Source: Acetobacter sp. 46_36
Lineage (GTDB): Bacteria; Pseudomonadota; Alphaproteobacteria; RF32; CAG-239
Length of the DNA stretch: 64,000 nucleotides
Assembly (NCBI GenBank): GCA_001917135.1
Contig: MNTT01000008.1
Coordinates: 6,216-70,215 of the forward strand
Direction of reading: 5' to 3'
The notes beneath the pieces are model-generated. The model was not told where the DNA came from, did no database searches, and saw only the letters and a program-made list of their open reading frames with translations. Both the position numbers and the translations under genes were made by a program. How positions within the stretch are numbered: position 1 is the first letter of the stretch; every line of letters starts with the position of its first letter. Shown here piece after piece: positions 27,171 to 36,444 of this stretch.

Positions 27171-28592
27171 TCAAGCCTTAACGATATGCAGCACGTTCGT
27201 ACTCCCCACGCAGCCGAACGGATACCCGGCCGTAACCACAATATACTCGCCTTTTTTCGCCAGCCCAGCCTCCGCGGCAACTCCGCGCGAAACGGTTTCG
27301 ATATTGTCAAAACTCTCAAACACTTTCCGGTCGACAAACGTCTTGACACCCCAGACCAGATTCAGCCGGTGAGCAATTTCCTCCGTCGGATTGATGGAAA
27401 TAATCGGCAGTCTCGGACGTTCCTGCGCCATTGCCAGCGTCGTCGCCCCGCTGACCGAAAACGTCGCAGTGCAGGCAACTTTTTCCAGCGTTTTGACAAC
27501 TTCACCCGCCGCATGCGTAATCGCGCGCGCTTCGCTGCTGCCGCACGCCCCCTGCTCAAAGCGGTGCACGCTCTCCAGATATTTCGGGTCGGCCTCCACC
27601 TGCAAAATGACGCCGTGCATCGTTTTGACCGTCTCGACCGGATAGCTGCCGGCTGCCGTTTCGCCGGAAAGCATAACCACGTCGCAGCCGTCATAAACCG
27701 CGTTGGCAATGTCCGAAACTTCCGCCCGCGTCGGCATCGGCGCCGACATCATCGATTCGAGCATCTGCGTCGCCACAATGACCGGCTTGCCGAACACGCG
27801 GCAGCGCGACACAATCCGTTTTTGCAGCACCGGCACCGTAACAATCGGGCATTCCACGCCCAAATCGCCGCGCGCCACCATAACCATATCCGACGCTTTG
27901 ATAATGTTGTCCAAATCGTCAAGCACCTGCGGCTTCTCCAGCTTCGAAATAATCCATGCCCGCTTGCCGATAATCTTGCGCGCCTCCTTAATATCTGACG
28001 CCCGCTGCACAAAAGACAGGCAGATGCAGTCCACCCCGAGCCCCAGCGCAAACTGCAAATCGCTGTGGTCCTTTTCCGTCAGCGGCGAAATATTAAGCGA
28101 CGAATTCGGCAGGTTCACGCCTTTGTGCCCGGAAATAACCCCGCCGACCTCAACTTCCGTTTCCGCCGATTCTTTGTTGCACTTCAAAACGTTCAACACG
28201 ATATTTCCGTCATTAACCAGCAGTTTGTCGCCGGCTTTCAACGCTTCAAAAATTTCCTTGTGCGGCAGCAGAACCCTTGTTTCGTCTCCCGGAATATCCT
28301 GCATGTCCAGCGTAAACTTCTGCCCCTTTTTCAACAAAACTTTGCCGTCTTTGAACGTTCCGATTCGGAGCTTCGGTCCCTGCATATCCGCCACAACCGT
28401 TACGCGCACGCCCTTTTCTTTCGCCACACGCCTTACAATCTCATAAGTCCGTTTGTGTTCTTCCTGTGTCCCGTGGCTGAAATTAAGCCGGAACCCGTCA
28501 ATCCCCGCCTCAATCAGGGCGCTGATTTTTTCTTCGGTATTTGACGACGGCCCCAATGTTGCTAAGATTTTTGTACGCGTATCGTTTGGCAT
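27171..28592 (-). CDS. pyk: pyruvate kinase
   Basis: KILATLGPS, FRLNFSHG and MVARGDLGVE motifs. Confidence 0.95.
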   Translation of the reverse strand: MPNDTRTKILATLGPSSNTEEKISALIEAGIDGFRLNFSHGTQEEHKRTYEIVRRVAKEKGVRVTVVADMQGPKLRIGTFKDGKVLLKKGQKFTLDMQDIPGDETRVLLPHKEIFEALKAGDKLLVNDGNIVLNVLKCNKESAETEVEVGGVISGHKGVNLPNSSLNISPLTEKDHSDLQFALGLGVDCICLSFVQRASDIKEARKIIGKRAWIISKLEKPQVLDDLDNIIKASDMVMVARGDLGVECPIVTVPVLQKRIVSRCRVFGKPVIVATQMLESMMSAPMPTRAEVSDIANAVYDGCDVVMLSGETAAGSYPVETVKTMHGVILQVEADPKYLESVHRFEQGACGSSEARAITHAAGEVVKTLEKVACTATFSVSGATTLAMAQERPRLPIISINPTEEIAHRLNLVWGVKTFVDRKVFESFDNIETVSRGVAAEAGLAKKGEYIVVTAGYPFGCVGSTNVLHIVKA

Positions 28593-28688
28593 ATTCTTCC
28601 CCTAAAAAGTTTAAAACCATCTTTTGCTATGGTTACATATATACCATAAATTTTTAATAACTTATTATTCTTCATTTTCTCCACAATT

Positions 28689-28823
28689 ATTTAACCGCCG
28701 CCGTTCCTGTCCCCGTTTTCGTCCTCCCCGCCTTTCGCCTCCATTCAACCGCCGCCGCTTTTCGCAGCCATTTAACCGCCGTCGCCTTTTGCTGCTATTT
28801 TAACCGCCGCCGCTTTTCGCCGA
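28689..28823. repeat. tandem repeat (one 54-bp unit, then 3 x 27 bp) in the pyk/gapR divergent region
   Basis: att(t)(c/t)aaccgccg(c/t)cgc(c)ttttcgc units start at 28689, 28743, 28770 and 28797. Confidence 0.8.
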
Positions 28824-28912
28824 ATTTATATCTTGTCAAAAAAAAATATCTTTGCTAAAGTGCCGCAGCGTATATGATACGATTCTTTAATAACATAAAA
28901 GGGAGAACAACT

Positions 28913-29161
28913 ATGTCGGAAAATGAAGTCGGCGGCATCGACAGCACCAGATTGAATTCTTTGATTGAACGAATTGAACGCCTGGAAGAAGAAAAGAAAG
29001 GCATTTCTTCGGACATTCGCGACATCTACGCTGAAGCCAAAGGCGTCGGTTTTGATGTTAAAATTATGAAAGCCATTATCAAATTAAGAAAAATGAATCA
29101 GGCAGACCGCGACGAGCAGGAATTCCTGCTTGAAACCTACCGTAAGGCCTTAAACGTATAG
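28913..29161 (+). CDS. gapR: GapR-like nucleoid-associated protein (DUF2312)
   Basis: LNSLIERIERLEEEKK..IRDIYAEAKGVGFDVKIMKAIIKLRK is the DUF2312 signature. ATG 28913 has a GGGAGA RBS. Confidence 0.85.
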   Translation: MSENEVGGIDSTRLNSLIERIERLEEEKKGISSDIRDIYAEAKGVGFDVKIMKAIIKLRKMNQADRDEQEFLLETYRKALNV

Positions 29162-29211
29162 AGGTCGCTTAAACGTATAGATGACGCTTAAACGCACCGA
29201 GCGCACAAAAT

Positions 29212-29245
29212 ACAAGCACCGGAAGTTTTTCCGGTGCTTTGTTGT
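29212..29245. terminator. bidirectional terminator between gapR and the antiporter gene
   Basis: aagcaccgg-aagttttt-ccggtgctt with T-rich tracts on both strands. Confidence 0.65.
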
Positions 29246-29248
29246 TGT

Positions 29249-30817
29249 CTAAGCCGCAACCACGCCCGTCGCCATCGCGTAAATGGCAAACAGGGCTGCC
29301 GCAACCAATATCCATGCGGCAAAACGTTCTCCCGCGGAAAACGCCGGTTCATGCGGCGCATTCTGCCTGCGGGCATGGATAAAGACCGGAATGCCGATTG
29401 CCATAAAGATAAGAGCCATCAGCAGGTAATTAAGCCCGGCCGCATAGATGAGCCAGAGTGCATACAGCGACCCCAGAACTGCGGAAAGCAGCGCCGTCGA
29501 CCGGCGGATATAGAACCCGGACGGGTATTCGTGGTCTTCGCACAGTTTCCACAGATACATCGCGCTCGCAAAATAAGCCGGCAGCACCATAACGCTGGTA
29601 ATGCTGAGCATCGTGTTCCAAGCGTTGCCCGAAAAATATACGAGCAACATAAACACTTGCATCAGACCGCTCGTAACATACAGCGAAACCGACGGTGCCT
29701 GTGCGGCGTTTTCTTTGACAAACTCTTTCGGAAACGTGCCGTTTTCGGCCGCTGCCTGCGGAATCTGCGCCGTTACCATTGTCCACGCCAGCCAGCTTGT
29801 CAATACCGAAATCAGCAGGCCGATGTTCATGATATACGAACCCCATTTGCCGATAACCGGTTCCAAAACCGCCGCCGTCGACGGATTCGGCAGCTTCGAC
29901 AGCTGTTCCTGGTCCATAATGCCGTACGGCAGGACTGACAGCAAAACATATATCAGCAGACAGCCGGAAAAGCCCAGCAGCGTCGCCGTGCCGACCGCTT
30001 TCGGATTCTTGGCGTGTTTAGACATCACGACCGCGCCCTCTATACCGATAAACGCCCACAGGGTAACCAACATCGTGCCCTCAATCTGCTTCGCCAGACC
30101 TCCAAGCGAACGTTCCTGCTCGCCCCAGAAGTCGAACGAAAACCGCTCCGAGTTGAAAAATATCAGCGTTATGACGATAAAAAACAACAGCGGCGCAATT
30201 TTTGCCACCGTGCCGATAAGGTTGATAATCGTCGCCTGCTTGATGCCTTTCAGAACCAGCGCGTTAAAGCCCCATATCAGCAACGAACCGCCGATAATGG
30301 AATAAATGCCGTTGCCGCCCGCAAAATACGGCGGAAAGAAATAATTAAGCGCATCCATCGTAATCACGGCATAACCGACGTTGCCGCAAATCTGGCACAG
30401 CCAGTACGACCACCCGATGGTAAAGCCGACATACGGGCCGAAACCTGCCCGGCTGTACATATAAATGCCCGCCGTCAAATCCGGTTTGACAACAGACAAA
30501 ATGCGAAACGTATTCGCCAGAAAATAAACACCGATGCCGGTAATCAGCCAGGCCAGCAGCACCGCGCCGACCGACGCACCCGCGGCCATATTCTGCGGCA
30601 GGCTGTAAATGCCGCCGCCGATCATTGAACTGACAACCACGCCGGCCAACGCCCAAACGCCCAGCTTTCCGCCGCCGGAAGATTCGGACGTTTGCCCATG
30701 GCCGCCGGAAACGCCGGCAGCCCGTTCCGCGGAAACGCCTCCGCTTCCGCCGCCCGCGCCGCCTGCCGAAACTGGCTGAACCGCGGCGCTGTTTCTTCTA
30801 TTGTCTTTAATTGCCAT
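29249..30817 (-). CDS. aaxC: APC-superfamily basic amino acid/polyamine antiporter (arginine:agmatine antiporter-like)
   Basis: About 12-13 TM segments, a GGGIYSLP motif, and a position directly downstream of the pyruvoyl arginine decarboxylase gene. Gly/Ser-rich N-terminal tail. Confidence 0.65.
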   Translation of the reverse strand: MAIKDNRRNSAAVQPVSAGGAGGGSGGVSAERAAGVSGGHGQTSESSGGGKLGVWALAGVVVSSMIGGGIYSLPQNMAAGASVGAVLLAWLITGIGVYFLANTFRILSVVKPDLTAGIYMYSRAGFGPYVGFTIGWSYWLCQICGNVGYAVITMDALNYFFPPYFAGGNGIYSIIGGSLLIWGFNALVLKGIKQATIINLIGTVAKIAPLLFFIVITLIFFNSERFSFDFWGEQERSLGGLAKQIEGTMLVTLWAFIGIEGAVVMSKHAKNPKAVGTATLLGFSGCLLIYVLLSVLPYGIMDQEQLSKLPNPSTAAVLEPVIGKWGSYIMNIGLLISVLTSWLAWTMVTAQIPQAAAENGTFPKEFVKENAAQAPSVSLYVTSGLMQVFMLLVYFSGNAWNTMLSITSVMVLPAYFASAMYLWKLCEDHEYPSGFYIRRSTALLSAVLGSLYALWLIYAAGLNYLLMALIFMAIGIPVFIHARRQNAPHEPAFSAGERFAAWILVAAALFAIYAMATGVVAA

Positions 30818-30915
30818 TGCTTTTTCCTTTGACTTAATTAATTCCGGTTAACTAAAACGGCGCCGCAAGCCCCGCTGCTCTGCCGGATTAAACCCACACT
30901 TCTTCCGGTTCGCCG

Positions 30916-31497
30916 TTAAATTTTGGCTGCCGGAGCGTGTTCGAAATTCAAAAAGCCAAGACAGGTCAGACAATAGCCGAACTGTTGTTCGATATTGATA
31001 AAGTTATGGTAAAGCTGAAAATCGCTGTGCTTTTCGACGCCGCGGATTTCCAACTCATGGTTAAGCGACTTGTTCAGCCACATCTCCGCGTGCCCCTTGG
31101 CTATATCGTCGTCAATATGGGTATCAAAATACTCAACATATTCAGCCGCCCAGCCGCCGATAAGCTCGCCGTTTTTGTCCTTGCCCCAGCAGATGCCCAG
31201 CCCGGTGGCAATCGCTTTGTGTTCGTCGCGGTTTGCGCCGTTGCCTGCCATAATGACTTCCAGCACCGCGCCGTGCTTAAATTGGTTAACTACTTTGTCA
31301 ACCGGAACAATGTTGCCGTAAACTTCCTTCGGCAGCACCGACGTATAGGGAACTACGTTAAAGTTTTCAATCTTGGCCTCCATCAGCGCCGAATCATAGC
31401 AGAACGTTTCAAACGGCTGCGGCGGAATGCCTTCGTTCGCCTGTCCGGCACCGCCGGTAATAAACGCTAAAGTCGGAAATCTAACGCCTTCTGTCAT
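30916..31497 (-). CDS. aaxB: pyruvoyl-dependent arginine decarboxylase (AaxB/PdaD family)
   Basis: [29 protein letters not shown] carries the Thr-Ser self-cleavage site, at residues 52/53 when counted from ATG 31497. This ATG is well spaced from AGGAG. Length ~193 aa. Confidence 0.85.
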   Translation of the reverse strand: MTEGVRFPTLAFITGGAGQANEGIPPQPFETFCYDSALMEAKIENFNVVPYTSVLPKEVYGNIVPVDKVVNQFKHGAVLEVIMAGNGANRDEHKAIATGLGICWGKDKNGELIGGWAAEYVEYFDTHIDDDIAKGHAEMWLNKSLNHELEIRGVEKHSDFQLYHNFINIEQQFGYCLTCLGFLNFEHAPAAKI

Positions 31498-31666
31498 TTT
31501 CATCTCCTATAAAAAATTAATTGTTAAAACAGAAGATGAAATAAACCCGATTTTTATTTTTTAAATACCGGCAGCGGCAAATTAGACTTTCGGATAGGGT
31601 ACATTGGCAGTCCTTTTCTGCTCTCCGCAACTCTCAGACTTCATTCAAACGTACCACGCCCCACAG

Positions 31667-31898
31667 CCGTCATCATTCAGGTTTCGCCCAAACGCACCTC
31701 GCTCCGTTGCCGTCATCATTCGGGCTTCGCCTAAACGCACCTCACTCCGTTGCCGTCATCATTCAGGTTTCGCCCAAACGCACCTCGCCCCGTCCTCACT
31801 CCGTTGCCGTCATCATTCAGGTTTCGCCCAAACGCACCTCGCCCCGTTACCGTCATCATTCGGGCTTCGCCCAAACGCACCTCGCCCAGCAGCCGTCA
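31667..31898. repeat. 5 x 43-bp (one 54-bp) tandem repeat abutting the rsmA stop codon
   Basis: ccgtcatcattc(a/g)gg(t/c)ttcgcc(c/t)aaacgcacctc... units start at 31667, 31710, 31753, 31807 and 31850. The next unit position is the gene end, ccgtcaatctcc, where tca is the stop. Confidence 0.9.
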
Positions 31899-32747
31899 AT
31901 CTCCGGCCAGTGCCAGATATTGCTCCGGCGTCAGGTTCTCAGCCCTAAGCGTCGGCTCAATACCCAGCGCCGCCGCTTTTTCAACCGCACCCGGCACGCC
32001 TTTCAAACTCTGGCGTATCATTTTGCGCCGCTGTCCGAACGCTGCTTCCGTCAGCCTTTCCACACGCTCCAAAACCTGCCGCTTCACTGAAACGGATTTC
32101 GGCTTAAACAGCAGAACCGTTGACCAGATTTTCGGCGCCGGCACAAAGCAGGTCGGCGGCAAATCAAACAGCCGCACCACATCGCATTGCAGCTGCGCAA
32201 TAACTGAAATTCGCCCGTAATCTTTCGTTCCCGGAATCGCCGTTATCCTGTCGGCGACCTCTTTCTGAAACATCAGTGTCATACTCTTGATATTCTCAAT
32301 CTGTTCCAGCCACCCGGCCAGCAAAACAACCGAAACGTTATACGGCAGATTGCTCACAATATGAAACTTTCCCTCCGTTGCCGCTTTGCCTGCCCAGTCA
32401 AATTTAAGTGCATCGCCGTTGACAATATCCAGCTGCGGATAAGCCCCCTTTATTTCGCCCAAAATCTCCAGACACCGCTCGTCCATTTCTATCGCCGTCA
32501 GCTTTTCCGGATTCTGCCGCAGCACGGCCTGTGTCAGCCCGCCCGGACCGGGACCGACCTCGGCAACAGTTTCCCCTGCCAGGTCTTTCCGCCCCTGTGC
32601 CGCCAAAGACAACCGCATAATCTTATCGGTAATATTCCCGTCCAGCAGAAAATTCTGCCCCAGGGCTTTCTTCGCCATCAGCCCGTATTTTTCGACAAGC
32701 TCTCTCGTACTCGGCAAGGCATTTTTTCTGCCGTCTGTCCCGTCCAT
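31896..32747 (-). CDS. rsmA: 16S rRNA (adenine1518/1519-N6)-dimethyltransferase
   Basis: GQNFL, EVGPGPGGLT and NLPYN motifs. Downstream of surA, as in many proteobacteria. Confidence 0.92.
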   Translation of the reverse strand: MDGTDGRKNALPSTRELVEKYGLMAKKALGQNFLLDGNITDKIMRLSLAAQGRKDLAGETVAEVGPGPGGLTQAVLRQNPEKLTAIEMDERCLEILGEIKGAYPQLDIVNGDALKFDWAGKAATEGKFHIVSNLPYNVSVVLLAGWLEQIENIKSMTLMFQKEVADRITAIPGTKDYGRISVIAQLQCDVVRLFDLPPTCFVPAPKIWSTVLLFKPKSVSVKRQVLERVERLTEAAFGQRRKMIRQSLKGVPGAVEKAAALGIEPTLRAENLTPEQYLALAGD

Positions 32748-32821
32748 CTATGCTTCTCCCGTCATATTCCGCCGCACTATTTTTGCTTTTTGCCGCCGCA
32801 GCGCCAGTCCTTTTTATCGCA

Positions 32822-33940
32822 TCAGAATTTCTTTTCCACCACGGCACGGTTGCGCAAGTCGCGGATATACTTGTTTGCCATTTCATCCGTTTTACGGTTC
32901 TGTATAAAGGTTCTGACTTCGTCTTCGTCCGGCATTTTCTGCTTATCCCGCACCGGATTATAAATCTTGTCCATTTTGAAGATATAATAGTCGGCACGGT
33001 ACGGAACCGCCTGCGACACCTGCCCTTCCTTCAAACTGCGGACGACTTTGTCAAGCGGCGCCGCCAGCTGTCCGGCCGCTACCCAGCCGAGTTTGCCGCC
33101 CGACGGGGCACTGGCGCTCTGCGAAAACTGCGCGGCATACAATTCAAAACGCGGGTCTTTCTGCAAAATCTCCACCAGCTCGCCGATATGCTCGCCGTCC
33201 TTGCGCTTGATTACAATTTCCGAAACCATATATTTCGGCGTATTCATATCCTTTTTAATCCGGGCATATTCGTCTTTCACCTCGCGTTCAGAAACATCAG
33301 CACCGCGCCCCATGCGATTCGCCACCAGCTTGTTCCATAACAAATTCGCCTTAATCTGCGTCATAAACACATCCCTGCTGACCTGATATTCTTTCAGCAC
33401 GTTTGCAAATTTTCCGGCCGGTACGCCGTTTGACTTTTCAAAATTGCGATATGCTTCTTTAATCTCCTTATCCGAAACGTGAATTCCCTGTTTTTCGGCT
33501 TCCTGAATTTTAATTTTCTCGTCAACCGTGTTTTGCAACACCTTGTCCGACACCATTTTTTTATTCTTGTCATTAATATTAATGCCGGTCGTCAAGGCAA
33601 ACAAATTGGCTCTTTCCTGCAAATCCTTGTTGGAAATCATCTCCCCGTTGATGGTCGCCGCAATCTTAAGCCCGCGCCCAAACAGGTTATAAGGGCGGAA
33701 AACAGCCTGTTCCTGCTTTACTTTGGCTTCCTGCTCGGCCTTTTCTCTCGCCTCGGCCTCAGCTTCCGCCTGCATTCTGGCTTCCTCGGCTTCTCCGCCG
33801 CCCCGCCTGAACATAATCGACTTGGAACCGGAACTGCGCACTGCCTTATCCAAATCGGAAAGGTCTATATCCGCAGCCTGAACCGGCGCCTGCACGGCAG
33901 CCCAGAAAAGTAATGCCGTAAGTGCTGTTTTTATCATCAT
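32822..33940 (-). CDS. surA: periplasmic chaperone / parvulin-type peptidyl-prolyl isomerase SurA
   Basis: Signal peptide, a SurA-like N-domain, one parvulin domain (GGKLGWVAAGQL...) and a position between lptD and rsmA. Confidence 0.8.
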   Translation of the reverse strand: MMIKTALTALLFWAAVQAPVQAADIDLSDLDKAVRSSGSKSIMFRRGGGEAEEARMQAEAEAEAREKAEQEAKVKQEQAVFRPYNLFGRGLKIAATINGEMISNKDLQERANLFALTTGININDKNKKMVSDKVLQNTVDEKIKIQEAEKQGIHVSDKEIKEAYRNFEKSNGVPAGKFANVLKEYQVSRDVFMTQIKANLLWNKLVANRMGRGADVSEREVKDEYARIKKDMNTPKYMVSEIVIKRKDGEHIGELVEILQKDPRFELYAAQFSQSASAPSGGKLGWVAAGQLAAPLDKVVRSLKEGQVSQAVPYRADYYIFKMDKIYNPVRDKQKMPDEDEVRTFIQNRKTDEMANKYIRDLRNRAVVEKKF

Positions 33941-34137
33941 CTTCCAACTCTCCTTTTAATTTAACATTATTTCCCCGCCCCTCTCGCAGAAATTGTCGCT
34001 TCCTGAATTTCCGCAAAGGCAACAGTCTGCCGTTTCAGATTCTTCCGTCGCTGCTCTCGCAGAAAGCGCCGTTTCCGGAGCTTTGTCGCTCCGTTGGCGC
34101 CGACAATCGCACCGGCAGCCGCTTTGGCCGCCCCGCG

Positions 34138-36444
34138 CTAGCTTGACCCCATGCCGCCCAGCGTCTTCAGAAAGAACGTTACGCTAAACTCATAGTCATC
34201 ATCCAGCGTCGGGTCGTCATAATTATATTTTCTCGCCACAAATGCCAGCTTCAGACATTCGTCTTCATAAATCAGCTGCCCGCCGTGCTCCAGCGAACCG
34301 CCGTTGTCAGTCAGGTCGATTCGGTCATAAACGGAAACCGACCAGTCCTTCGTCAGCTTGGAATTCAGCGACAAATAGAGCTCTTTTCGTTCTCCGGCTT
34401 TGTAATATGAGTTCTGATTCGGTTGTAAATATATGTACGAAGTGTAAACATTAAATATGTCACTGCCGACTTTCGCCCCGAGTTCGCTGTATTTCAAATC
34501 AAAGTCGTCCTTGTCCAGCCGGTAGCGATAATTCAAATCCAGATAACGGTTCGGACTGGCATAAACGCGGCCGACATAATCGGAAAAACGGTTATCGTCC
34601 TCTTCGCCGTTAACGGCACGCATAAACGAACTGTTGTCGGAAAGCTGATAACTCTGGGCAATAAATGCCGACGTCCTCCCTAAGATGTTGCCGTACGAAC
34701 TCCAGTTCAAACCATAACTGACACGGCTTCCGTCATCATTGCGGTCATACCCTGCATATCTGTCCAGGCTCAAAATATTCGTATCGTCAAATTCCACATC
34801 GGCGCTGTCCGCATCGGGAATTTTTTCAATATCGTTGTCATTGTCCGGCGCCAGCACGGCCACGATAACCGGTTCCAATATCTGCCGGGTAGTTTCCGTC
34901 GCCCGAACGAACGGCAGCCGCCATTCGACGCCGACCTGCGGGAACACTCGGGCCACCGTGCCGTCATAATCTTCGTTGGTACGGTACATATAATCGTCAA
35001 CATAATATAAATCGGATTTCAACGAAGCCACAAATTTATACTGCTCGCCGTAATCGCTCGTATAAGGCAGCTCCCACGAATTTATCATCGTCAGCCGCTG
35101 CGATTCTTCGTCATTTTCACGGTACACCGAAGCCGAACTGATATTGGTCTTAAAATAAGCCCCGTATTCGTTTGCATCGCTGATGTGCTCATACTCCATA
35201 TACGGTGCCACCGTCGGCAGGCTCTTCATCCGGCTTTGAAACTCGGCATTGTTTGACGCTTTCAGATTATAACTTGTCAGCTTATAATAATATCCTTCAA
35301 TCGTTGCATAATCGCGCCCCTCAAATCGTTCAAACGCCAGTTTCGACGTCAGCCACGGGTCATCGCGTCCCTGCAAATTCATGTCTTTCAGATAAAAGAC
35401 GTCGGAAACATAATTCCAGTCCAGATTGGCTACCCAGTAATCATTGATTTCATAACGCGCATCCAAAAACAAATTGCCGCGGCGTTTGGGACGATTAAAC
35501 GTCTTATAATCAACGTTATTATAGTCTTTGCCGTCGTCTTCAAGATAAGTTCCCTCGGCTTTGATTTCGCCGTTATAAAAATACTGGCGATACTGTCCTC
35601 CGAGCACCACGCCGCGGTCAGTCGTAAAATACGGCGACAAAATAACATCGGTATGGTCGGAAACGTTCCAGAAATACGTCGGCTGGATATACTGTCCCGT
35701 ATAGGATGTACTCCCCATAGACGTCATCAAAAGCCCCGAACGGCGCTTAACCTCCGGCGACGGATGGCTGAGAAACGGCGTATAAAACACCGGAATGTTC
35801 TTGACCCGCAAAACCGCATCATTGTAATTGATATTCTGTCCCGCTGCGTCATAGCTGACCTTGCGCGCATCAATCTGCCACAGCGGCGATTTCCCCTGGC
35901 AGACATCGCAGGCCGTATACGACGCATTGCGCATCTGTTTGTTATCGTTGGTCTTTTTGACAAACGTATCCGCCCATATCCGCGATTCATCACGCATAAT
36001 CACTTTAACCTTATTGACGTCCGCCCGTTTCATCCTCTCCGAAAGCGTAATCCTGTCGGTATAAAGCACGCTGCCGTCAGCTTCGGTCAAAATCGCATTG
36101 CCTTCCGCCACGATAATATCTTTTTTCTGGTCATACCACAGCCGGTCGCAGACCAGTTCCATATTTCCGCGGGTAACGATAACATTGCCGACTGCCGTAA
36201 TCACGGCATTGGCTTCGTCCGTCTCCATCTCGTCGGCTGAAAAATATATTTCCGGCTCTTCTTCTTTTTTGTTTTCGCTCAAAGACGGCATAATATCCGT
36301 CATATTGCCGGGACTGAACTCGGCTTTCGGAGTAACTTCCGTATCCTTGCGCACAATAGCGCCGGCCTCGGGTTCGTTTGCTGCCTGCAGCGGAAAAGCC
36401 AGCATGGTCAAAACCGCCGCCGCGGCCCACGGATTAAGCTTCAT
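34138..36444 (-). CDS. lptD: LPS assembly outer-membrane protein LptD
   Basis: ATG 36444 has an AAGGAG RBS and the signal peptide MKLNPWAAAAVLTMLAFPLQA. OstA-like N-domain and a long aromatic-rich beta-barrel. Confidence 0.9.
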   Translation of the reverse strand: MKLNPWAAAAVLTMLAFPLQAANEPEAGAIVRKDTEVTPKAEFSPGNMTDIMPSLSENKKEEEPEIYFSADEMETDEANAVITAVGNVIVTRGNMELVCDRLWYDQKKDIIVAEGNAILTEADGSVLYTDRITLSERMKRADVNKVKVIMRDESRIWADTFVKKTNDNKQMRNASYTACDVCQGKSPLWQIDARKVSYDAAGQNINYNDAVLRVKNIPVFYTPFLSHPSPEVKRRSGLLMTSMGSTSYTGQYIQPTYFWNVSDHTDVILSPYFTTDRGVVLGGQYRQYFYNGEIKAEGTYLEDDGKDYNNVDYKTFNRPKRRGNLFLDARYEINDYWVANLDWNYVSDVFYLKDMNLQGRDDPWLTSKLAFERFEGRDYATIEGYYYKLTSYNLKASNNAEFQSRMKSLPTVAPYMEYEHISDANEYGAYFKTNISSASVYRENDEESQRLTMINSWELPYTSDYGEQYKFVASLKSDLYYVDDYMYRTNEDYDGTVARVFPQVGVEWRLPFVRATETTRQILEPVIVAVLAPDNDNDIEKIPDADSADVEFDDTNILSLDRYAGYDRNDDGSRVSYGLNWSSYGNILGRTSAFIAQSYQLSDNSSFMRAVNGEEDDNRFSDYVGRVYASPNRYLDLNYRYRLDKDDFDLKYSELGAKVGSDIFNVYTSYIYLQPNQNSYYKAGERKELYLSLNSKLTKDWSVSVYDRIDLTDNGGSLEHGGQLIYEDECLKLAFVARKYNYDDPTLDDDYEFSVTFFLKTLGGMGSS

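Noticed and set aside
24972-27998. Long plus-strand ORFs (24972..25937, 26382..26996, 27009..27998) opposite adhE and pyk
   Set aside because: All are antisense shadows of strongly supported genes. The translations are Arg-rich and repetitive.
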